Below, piece by piece: positions 52,425 through 62,399 of a stretch of 64,000 bases of DNA. Made by a program: the position numbers and the translations under genes. How positions within the stretch are numbered: the first letter of the stretch is position 1; each line of letters opens with the position of its first letter. The stretch lies in NCBI RefSeq assembly GCF_009834535.1, contig NC_045697.1:3908001-3972000 (forward strand), written 5' to 3'. The notes beneath the pieces were generated by a model. It was not told where the DNA came from. It was given only the letters and a program-made list of their open reading frames with translations, and made no database searches. Source of the DNA: Camelus ferus. Lineage: Eukaryota.

Positions 52425-54322
52425 CCATGCTACCCAAAGCAATCTACAGATTTAATGTGATCCCTATCAAATTACCCAGGACATTTTTCACAGAACTAGA
52501 ACAAATAATCCCCAAATTTATATGGAATCCAAAGACTCAGAATTGCCAAAGCAATACTGAAGAAAAAGAACAAAGCTGGAGGCATAACCCTCCCAGACTT
52601 CAGACAGTACTACAGAGCTACAATAATCAAAACAGTGGGGTCTGTCACAATGGATCCATGGAACAGCACAGACAGCCCAGAAATAAACTCACACACCTAT
52701 GGTCAATTAATCTTTGACAAAGGAGGCAAGAATACACAATGGAGAAAAGACAGTCTCTTCAGCAAATGGTGTTGGGAAAGCTGGACAGCCGCATGTAAAT
52801 CAATGAAGTCAGAACACACACCATACACAAAAATAAACTCAAAAGGGCTTAAAGACTTACATATAAGACAAGACACCATCAATTGCCTAGAAGAACACAT
52901 TGGCAAAACATTCTCTGACATGAATTGTAGCAATGTTCTCCTAGGTCAGTCTACCAAGGCAATAGAAATAAAAGCAAAAATAAACAAATGGGACCTAATT
53001 AAATTTTTAAGCTTTTGCACAGCAAAGGAAACCATAAATAAAATGAAAAGACAACCTATGGACTGGGAGAAAATATTTGCAAACAATGTGACTGACAAGG
53101 GCTTAATCTCTAAAATATACAAACAGCTCATACAACTCAGTAACAAAAAAACACACTGCCCAATCAAAAAATTGGCAGAAGACTTAACGACATTTCTCCA
53201 AAGAAGACATACAGACATCCAATAGACACTAAAATGACCATCAATGTTGCTGATTATTATTACAGAAATGCAAATCAAAAGTACAATGAGGTATCACCTC
53301 ACATCAGTCAGAATGGCCATCATTAAAAAGTCCACAAACAATAAATGCTGGAGGTGAGAAGAAAAGGGAGCCCTCCAACACTGTTGGTGGGAATGTAATT
53401 TGGTGCAGCCACTATGGAAAACAGCATGGAGAGTCCTTAAAAAACTAAAAATAGAGTTACCATATGATTCAGTACTCCTACTCCTGGGCATGTATCCGGA
53501 GGGAACTCTCTAATTTGAAAAGATACACACACCCCAACGTTCATAGCAGCACTATATACAATGGAAGCAACCTAAATGTCCATGGACAGGTGACTGGATA
53601 AAGAAGTTGTGGTATATTTATATAATGGAATACTGCTCAGCCATAAAAAATAATGAAATAATGCCATCTGCAGCAACATGGATGGAGATAGAGATTATCA
53701 CACTAAATGAAGTAAGTCAGACAGAGAAAGACAAATATATGATATCACTTATAATGTGGAATCTAAAAAAGATGATACAAATGAGCTTATTTACAAAATA
53801 CAAACAGACTCACAGACATAGAAAACAAACTTATGGTTACCACAGGGGAGGGGTGAGGAATGAATAAATTGGGAGTCTGGAATTAGTGGATACAAACTAC
53901 TATAAATAAAACAGATAAAAAAGGTTCCACTGTTTAGCACAAGGAACTATATTCAAAACCTTGTAATAACCTAAAACGATAAAAAATGAAAAAGAATATA
54001 TACATATATATGTGAATCACTATGCTGTACACCAGAAACTAACACTGTAAATCAACTATATTTCAATTTTTCAAAAATCACAAGAAAAAAAAAAGTTTCC
54101 AAGTCCTGAATTCTTGACTAGTTCTTAAGAGTACTCTGACCAACCAGCCAAATGTAGACAGATTTTAGAGCCCACTATAACCAGATCTAATTCGCAGAGT
54201 CATCTAGTGACTAAAGAAAATGAACCGTTCAGTAACACGGTATTTTCCAGATGGCACAATTTTAAATCTCACCCACTAGCAGTCTTGATTTAGTAAATAT
54301 TTCTTCAGAAATAAAAATAAAG
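52425..54322 (+). mobile_element. 5'-truncated lineage-specific L1 (ORF2 3' part and 3' UTR) with an extra 3' segment at 54095-54322
   Basis: Frameshifted ORF2 pieces ([63 protein letters not shown]). L1 end and A-run at 54085-54094. TSD aaagtaggaaag at 52413-52424 and 54323-54334. Confidence 0.9.
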
Positions 54323-54439
54323 AAAGTAGGAAAGAGGACTGAGATGAAAGGTTTCTTTGTAAATGTCAAAGACGGAGGATAAGACAAGCAAAATGAAAAC
54401 CAAACTAAACAAGTAAACAAATGAATACACTCTTTTAAA

Positions 54440-55660
54440 AAGTAACTGGTGGTCAATCCATGAAAGAAAAAAAATAGGTAAGTTGAACATCATTAAAATA
54501 AAAACTGCTGTGTGAAAAACAATGTTAAAAGGATTAGAAGACAAACCACAGGCTGGGAGAAATTTTTGCAAAAGACACTTCTGATACAGGATTGTTATGC
54601 AAAACACACAAAGAACTCTTAAAACCCAGTTATCAGAAAATAACGTTTCTTTTTTTTTTTTTTTTTTAAAAAAAAGGCCAAAGACCTCAAAGCAGATATA
54701 CAGATGGCAAATAAGCATATAAAAACATGCTCCACACCATATGCCATCAAGGAAATGCAAATTAAAATGATAAGATACCACTACCACCTTTAGAACAGCC
54801 AAAAACTAGAACAGTGACAACACCAAATGCTGGTGAGGACGTGGAGCAGGAGAACTCTCACTCGCTGCTGGTGGGAATGCAGAATGGTATGGACACTCTG
54901 GAAGGCAGTATGGACGTTTCTTACAAACAAAACATACATTTACCACTCAGCTCAGCAATCAGGCTCCCTGGTATTTACCCAAAGGAGCTGAAAACTCATA
55001 TCCACACAAAAAAACTGCACATACATGTTTACAGCAGCTTCATTCATAATTGCTAAGCTTGGAAGCAACCAAGATGTCCTTCAGTAGGCGATGGATAAAT
55101 AAACTGTGGTCCATCCGGACAGGGAACGTCACTCAGCACTAAAATGAGATGAGCCAGCAAGGCGTGGAGAGTCACAGAGGGACCGCAAATACATATTACT
55201 CAGCGACAGAAGCCAATCTGAAAAAGCTACAATACTGCATGATTCCAACTCTGTGACGTTCTGGAAAAGACAAACTATGGAGCCATTAGGAAGATCAGCA
55301 GGCACCAGGGGTTCGTGGAGAGGGAGGGACGAAGCGGTGGAGCACGGGGGATTTGAGGGCAGTGAAACTGCTCTGTGTGATACTATAATGGTGGACACAT
55401 GTCATTATACATTTGTCCAAACCCACATACCCCGCAACACCAAGAGTGACCCCTCCTGTAAACCATGGACTTGGTGACAATGACGTGTCAATCAGGTTTG
55501 TTGACTGTAACAAGGTACCACTCTGGTGGGGGATGTTGATGGCAGGGAGGCTGTGCATGCATGTGGGCAGGCGGTATAGGGGAACTTTGTACCTTCCTCT
55601 CAGTTTTACTGTGAATCTAAAATTGCTCTAAAAAAAATTAAGTATTTAAAAAAAAAAAAA
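54440..55660 (+). mobile_element. L1MC1-like 3' part
   Basis: ccaagagtgacccctcctgtaaaccatggacttggtgacaatgacgtgtcaat...accactctggtgggggatgttgat...aattgctctaaaaa. Confidence 0.8.
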
Positions 55661-56769
55661 GTAACTGGCAGCAGATCAACTCTCCTGCCCAGACTAACCA
55701 GAAAAGATAATATATAAAACCAAACCAAACACACAACACCTGTGCTATGGCATCAGCGACCTGCTGACGCACCCAGGCCTTGAGAAGACCAGGAGGGGCA
55801 GCTGCTGGCACAGGGGCACTGACACCTGAGGCTGCTTTCTCCCTGGGGAAATGTACCCAATTCCTGGCCTGCGGCAAGAGGCTGAGAAAACTCCGGCACT
55901 TTTAAGAGGCAAAGAAACCAGTGGCACTGGGGGTAGTCTCTCAGGGCTGGAAGCAGAAACTAGCGATGTAGGAGTCAGGATCTCAGAAAAAGGAAGGAGT
56001 GAAAAACAGAAGCCATAGCCTGCTGATTCCCCTCTGGACATGGGAGGAGTTCTAAAGCTGTGCAAGGCATAAGGGGGGCTTCTGTGTTGATGGAATGTTA
56101 TATTTATTTTTCTGGGATAATTACATATATATGAGCTTTGTGCAAATTCACAAAAATTCGTGATGCCAAGAATATTAAAATATAAACAGATAAGAAACGT
56201 TTTCGTAAACTCTTGGATGGTGGTTTTAATGTAACCGGTTCTAAAGGAAAACTAGGAATGTCTGGGGTTACATATGACTGCCATAGTGAACAGAAGTCCC
56301 ACTTTCCTAAAATAACTCTTCCTACTCACGACAGATTATGAGGAACTTGCTGTTGACCATCAACCTCAAGGCAAAAGTTAACTCCCATCGTTCAATTACA
56401 GTTCTACTAGGGCTTCCCTTGTAGCTATTTTAAGTAAGATTACAAAATAGTTTGAAATAATGTAACATCAATCTATTCTAAGAGTTACAGGGCCCAGGCT
56501 TAATGCTCCGAGTCTCTGGGCAACGCACACCACAGTGTTTGCCGCTCACTTTTACTCCATATGGACTCAACTCATAGATTAGCTGTGAACTGAGAAGACG
56601 AACTTTCCCCACCTCTAAAAACCACACTGCATTAGAACACAGTAAATCAATTCCAAATAGGTTCTCAAGTTTTCCTTTAGAGTAGAATGTTTTTATGTTA
56701 TTCATTCAATAACTATTGGTTACATATGAAAGCCAACAAAAACAAAAACAAAAACAAAACTCTCTGATA

Positions 56770-56990
56770 TAAAACATGGGCACAGGATTTGGGTCTGACA
56801 GACAGGAGTTTAAATCCTGACTCATTACTAACCGCATGGCCTCAGGCAGGCACCTAACCTCTCTGAACATACAACTCCAGGTGAGCGAAAACAGGGAAAC
56901 ACCATTTGTCTTGGAGATGAGGCATGAAGACAGAACAAAGCAGTCCTTATGTATTAAATGGCCAGCTCTGCACTTGGCCTATGATAGTGT
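56770..56990 (+). mobile_element. MIR SINE
   Basis: gagtttaaatcctgactcattactaaccgcatggcctcaggcaggcacctaacctctctga. Confidence 0.55.
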
Positions 56991-57049
56991 TCTCTAACAG
57001 CAGGGCTATTAATTTTAAAAAGATTGCATTGCGGCACTGCGGCAGAAAG

Positions 57050-57890
57050 CTAACTACTCAATGTACGTGGGGAACTGAATTAGAAAAATTACCATCAAAG
57101 TAATGATTCAGGCGGAAGCCACCTATGGATGGCAAAGTCAGTCTCTCCGCACAGGTCAGTTGATAACTACACAGAGAAATGTGTGGCTTTACGGTGCAGA
57201 AACCTGGCTGCCACCATCTGAACCGAAGTCAGCGTCGCCAAGAATGAATCAGATCCTCAATAAAAAAAAAAAAATTTTTTTTTAAAAATGAATGAATCAG
57301 ACTGACGTAGTGTGCTGTCCACTGCGATGCACAGAAAAGAAACTCATCGCTTGTGTAATGTTACTGCCATAAATGCATAAGTTGACTCTAAACAGGAAGA
57401 AACATCAGACAAACTCAAAATAAGGGATGTTTTGCAAAATAACTGGCCTATATTCTTCTAAAGTGTCAACAGTGTCAAAAGTGTCAGTGAGACGCAAAGG
57501 AAAGATGAGGAACGATTCTAGATTAGAAGAAATTAAAGAGATGTGACACTGAATGAAGTCAATGCACGATCCTTGATGAGAGAAGAAGTCAAAATGGAGG
57601 AAGTCATTGGGACAAGAGACAAAAACCAAACACTGATGGAACGTCAGATAATAATGTGCACTGTTCATTTCCTGAACTTTATAATTGTACTATGGCTATC
57701 TGAGAGAAAGTCTCATCTTAAGAAAAAAATATGATTTATTTAGGAGAAACAGGCAACAAAAGGAGAGGAGAGAAATAGAGCAAAAGTGAAAAAATACTGG
57801 CAATTGCTGACTGAGTGAAATTCTTTGTCCTATTCTTCTGATGTATGAAATTATTTCACAAAAGAAGTTTAAAAAAGTTTTTAAGATGAA
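57050..57890 (+). mobile_element. Ancient L1 (L1MC/ME-like) 3' fragment
   Basis: ggaagaaacatcagacaaactcaaaataagggatgttttgcaaaataactggcct...ctgttcatttcctgaactttataattgtactatgg. Confidence 0.6.
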
Positions 57891-60447
57891 TATATGATTC
57901 CTGCCCATAAGGATCTTATAAACTACTGGGAAAGATAATACATTCTAACAAGTGTAATGAAGGGCTCTACAGTAGAAATGCAATCAAGTTTGGAAGAAGA
58001 CACTGTTTTCATTGGGAACTGTCACAAGGAGATTCACAGAGAAAGGTGACCTGGGCCTTGAAGGATAGGCTAGAAAAGTAGTTTATATTTACATTAAAAA
58101 TGACATATAATGAATTCTTGATTTATCTGAAATACAGTTACCAGAGTATTGTAATCTTGATCCAAATAAAAAGAATTTGTGGAAATAAAACCACTGTGAC
58201 CCAATCATAATACCTGCATATTGGAAGGCAATTGTTCTCCAGAACCACGCAGTCATTTGCCGATGCCACCATTGCATTTACAACCCTGCCCAAATCAGAA
58301 GTCTACACATAACTGTTTGTTATTCAGCCTCAACCAAGGCCAGGGCCTCCTGAGCTGTACGTACTTCCTACCCAATTATCCCAAGCGGCGAAGACCAAAG
58401 TACAAAACCTGCTTCTTAGAATTCAAGAGCTGTGTGTGTGTTTCTTTTAACCAAAACTAGGAAAAGCCACGAATTCAACGTGGCCGATAAGGCCAGTACT
58501 TGAAGCAATGGCCTTACTATTAGCCATTTGCAAGTCAAGGTTAGACTAACTTAAGGACTGAGGGTTAAGATGTGAGGAAACAGACACCTGAAGTGGGAGC
58601 AATTTGGCTTCCAACCGAGGGGCGAAGCCACCATAACTCTGATCCAGGGATCAGGAAAGGTGGTGAGCATAACCGTTAGCTGGAGTCTGAATCACAGAGG
58701 GTAAGCTCAGACCCTCCCTTGGCTGTATGTCCTGACTACTCTTGGGGGGACACAGTGAGCACATCCTCGTCCACCAGTGGTAAAGTTATGCAGGGGCTAA
58801 CTCACCCTTAGCTCAGCTCCTATGAAAACAGTTGTTATCTTCAATTTGACCTTCCCCATCAGCGTGGGACTCGGCACTCTGCTACCCTGGGCTGAGGGGA
58901 AAAGTACTTTAGGGGCCTTCTATTTCCCTGTGGATTCTCCTTGTAACTCTAGACATGTTCTGTTTTCACTAAGCTTTATCTGTCCTGTGTCCTAAAAGAC
59001 AAATCAGAACTTTGGAGGGAGGATCAAACACAGCTGGGCACCGGTAGCTGCCAAGACCCCTCACCCCACCCCCTACAGCTAGTAGAGAAACCGATTCTCA
59101 TCAGACAAGTGTAGAACTACAATCTTAACAGGAGGCCTACGTTTCAGCCCTTTTGCAACGACCTAAAGCACCCAGCATATAAATTTCTTGTGCCAACAAA
59201 TCTATTGGTGTTGATGAAGTATTAAAGGCTGATATTTTAAAATACAATTAAAAGAAATGAGAAGTCTTATTAGAATCCAACTAAAATACTATTCATTTCC
59301 TATAAGTACATGTTTTTAACTGAAGTACATGATTTTTGAGTTACGAGAATTATCTTCCTCAACTCTGGAAATAAAAACTTCTTCCATGTTGGCAGATTTA
59401 ACATTTCACTTGCCCCTGAAGGAAAGATGATGGAAAATAACAGACCTCTGGTAATACGGACCACCAAAATAGCACATTTTCTGATTATGAGGTTTTAAGT
59501 CAACCCCCTCAAAACCATACCTGATCCAATTCTCACCAGCCAGAGCAATAAGCAACCTGGAAGCAGGGAAAATGTGAATGTGTCCAGCCAGAAAGGATGA
59601 GAAACACCAGCAGGGAAATATCCTCTGCACAACTGCCAGGTGACAAATGGTAAGCGTGCTGAGAGCCCCAATGTATTTACAGGGCTCTGCGGCTTCTCTG
59701 TGGTTTGGAAGGGCAAAGCCAGTTTCTTCTGTGAATGAAACTTTGTTCCTGCTTTCAGTGTTAGTAACAATGGTTTAAAACAACAACAACAAAAACTGCC
59801 CACAGAAAACTTTTATCTGAAATTTCTACCCAGAGGTCACCCAGATCCCATTCATCCAGTGTTGAGGACTCTGCTCCCTCTGGCAAGCCTGACTTTCAGC
59901 AGCTCCTCTTGGAGAGGGAGCCTGAAGTTGAGATCTTTTCAAGAACCTAGATTTGGTTGCTTTCTTTACTTTAAACTCAGCATCTCGGCAGGTCAAATGT
60001 ATAATCGCCAATTTAAAGTTACGTGCTTTACCATTTTAAGTCTGCTGATTTGAAACACACACTTTGATTAATAAGCAGTTTATCATCACTCTTGCAGATA
60101 AAATGAAATATTAAACTTCAGAATGTTAAGAAGTGTAACAGACACAGTGATTATGACGTGTGATTTTCCTCAGCAGCAGCAGCCCCGTTTGGAGCAGCGC
60201 TACTCAGAGGCGGCTGGTGATCACACAAGTACCGTCTATGTAGTCAATACTGAGAAAGTCTCAGAGAAGATGACTGAAATAAACAGTGTGCTTGTGACAC
60301 AGCTCATTCACATCACTGACAGCTTAAGTTCATGGACCACAGCCATCTGCAACCCTGTTGTAGAGTATGAAAGCACTCTCTGAAGAAAAATGCAGACATG
60401 TAGACACAATCATGAATTCTCACAAAACATTTAACATGTGTAAATAC

Positions 60448-60678
60448 CTGTTCCTGCAGGTCGTAGTCATAGCTGTCATGCAGCAGAAGACTGAGGACAT
60501 AGCGAGTGTAGATCATGGCATCAATGCCACATTTCTCTAGCTCTTGTCCTAGCCAGGTCTGCACTGGACCCAAAGCATGAAGCAGAGACATTTCAGAAGC
60601 AGGTACAGGGCCTGGAGAAGAGCCTGAGGAGCTTCCAGATGGTAAACCACCCACGACAACAGTACAGACAGGGCGCAT
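60448..60678 (-). CDS. KIAA0232: KIAA0232 coding exon 1 (start codon; 77 codons, MRPVCTVVVGGLP...YDLQEQ)
   Basis: ATG at 60678-60676. The translation matches the recalled KIAA0232 N-terminus (SEMSLLHALGPVQTWLGQELEKCGIDAMIYTRYVLSLLLHDSYDYDLQEQ). Donor CAG|gtattt at 60448/60447; 231 nt, phase 0. Confidence 0.95.
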
Positions 60679-60947
60679 GAACTTAGGTTGCTGACATCCT
60701 TAAAAGCGGGAGCATTTTCTGCAGTTGATGTTCTGTTGGTATCTGGAGGGGATTTTCACTCCAGTAAAAAGGAGAGATGCTGAACATCTAGGATGAGCAT
60801 TTATTTTTGCTAGCAGTCAGCCATCTAGAACTGAATCTCCATCTTTAGGCATGACCAATGACTCAGCATCCTGATAGCAACACACATGTAGATGTGATTT
60901 TCTACTTTAGTTTCACATTGAGGCCTAATGTAAGTTTTCAGCAGAAC
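60679..60947 (-). other. KIAA0232: 5' UTR part (269 nt) of the start-codon exon; whole exon 60947-60448 = 500 nt
   Basis: Strong acceptor ttttttctctcttgtctttacag|G at 60948/60947. Upstream exon(s) and promoter are not in the window. Confidence 0.8.
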
Positions 60948-61079
60948 CTGTAAAGACAAGAGAGAAAAAAGGTATGCCTTATGTATAGATATAATTAAAT
61001 TATTGATCTTCTGAAAAAATCCAAATGAACTGTTTTCTCTTTATTAAAATACCTTTGGTATCTTAGAATGCTGATTTTT

Positions 61080-61345
61080 TTAAAACTCTGCTAAGCTATG
61101 ACTCACGTGTATCATAGAAGCCATCCTCTCAAAGTGTACAATCCAGCAGCTTTCACTGTGTATACAACGTTGTGCAGCCACAGTAACAGTTCCAGAACAT
61201 TTCCCAAAACATTCTCTCCTAAAAGAAACCCCATCTCCACTGGCGGCGCCCTTCCCACGCCCAGCCCCCGGCAACCACTCACCTGCGGTCTGCCTCCACA
61301 GACCTGCCTATTCTGAAAGCTTCATATAAATACAATCCTACAATA
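61080..61345 (-). mobile_element. L1M 3' end fragment
   Basis: aaagtgtacaatccagcagctttcactgtgtatacaacgttgtgcagcc...ttccagaacatttc...cccccggcaaccact. Confidence 0.7.
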
Positions 61346-62399
61346 GGTGGAAAAAACTCTGATTTTTTTTTTTTACTATAATCTTTGACATTTTAAGCTA
61401 AGTGACATTTTAAACTTTTAAAAGCTTAATATAATTTAAAACTGAGGAAAATCCAGAAACGTGTGCTCGGCGCTGTGCTGGACTGTGCTGATGTTCACCT
61501 GGCTGCATCTCAAGAGACTGAACTAGCAAAATCTTCCCTGCTCTGCTAAAAGAACTTACCTGGTAACAAATCATTAGTTCATTTTTAAGTATAACAGAAA
61601 TAAGCAGTAATTTCACTGAAACACTGGTAAAAATAATTAGTCCCCTAAATTCAAGTTTTACATAGGTAATCAGTTATTTTGTATGGCTAAAAACTCTGGA
61701 CTGCTCATCATCTATTTCATAAAAATTAAGGTGAAACATGGACTTGTCTTATAGCTCTGCCATGCTGTAGTATTATATATCTATTGTCATTTTTTTCTTG
61801 TATGTATCTGGGTTGACGTTCCGATTACTTGTGATAGATGCCATTCTTAATTTAATAGCTTTTCCTGCTAAATAAACATGCTTTCAATATGTCAAACTAA
61901 TCTAATAATGGCCTTATTAAATCATAATCTTCTTTATGCTAGAGTTCTGATTAATCTATACCACCAGAACACGAAAACTAACAGTGATTCCTAAATCTCA
62001 CAGAATCAGCTTTTGCATGAATTTTAGCAGAGGACCATCAAAAATGACTTTTTAAAAAGTATTAATAATTATTTTTAGTAAAAGCGGCAAGTCAGAAAGA
62101 TACTTTTCACCAAAGATTTAAGACTCAGTTTCTTGCATTTTCCCTAGAACTACCTACTAAATTTTACATACATTAAATATAAAGAAAATGTTTATTAAAC
62201 CCACCACAGGACCAAGTTACTAGATTAATGTATCATTAACATATATCCTGCTACTTTCTAAAATCTTCTCTATCACACTATCTTTTCTGAATTATGAAAA
62301 TCAGATAAACTGAAGCAAAAATTTTCTATAATTTTTACTCGCTGAAAATTTCCAACTGACTTGCAAAATTAAAACCCTTTCCATAAATTCTTTGGTGTG

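Noticed and set aside
52635..53225. 196-aa ORF as a functional reverse-transcriptase gene
   Set aside because: A frameshifted fragment of L1 ORF2 in a 5'-truncated copy.
58626..58667. Small inverted repeat ccacc...ctgatccagggatcag...ggtgg
   Set aside because: The stem is too short and interrupted to support a miRNA or snoRNA; compatible with chance.
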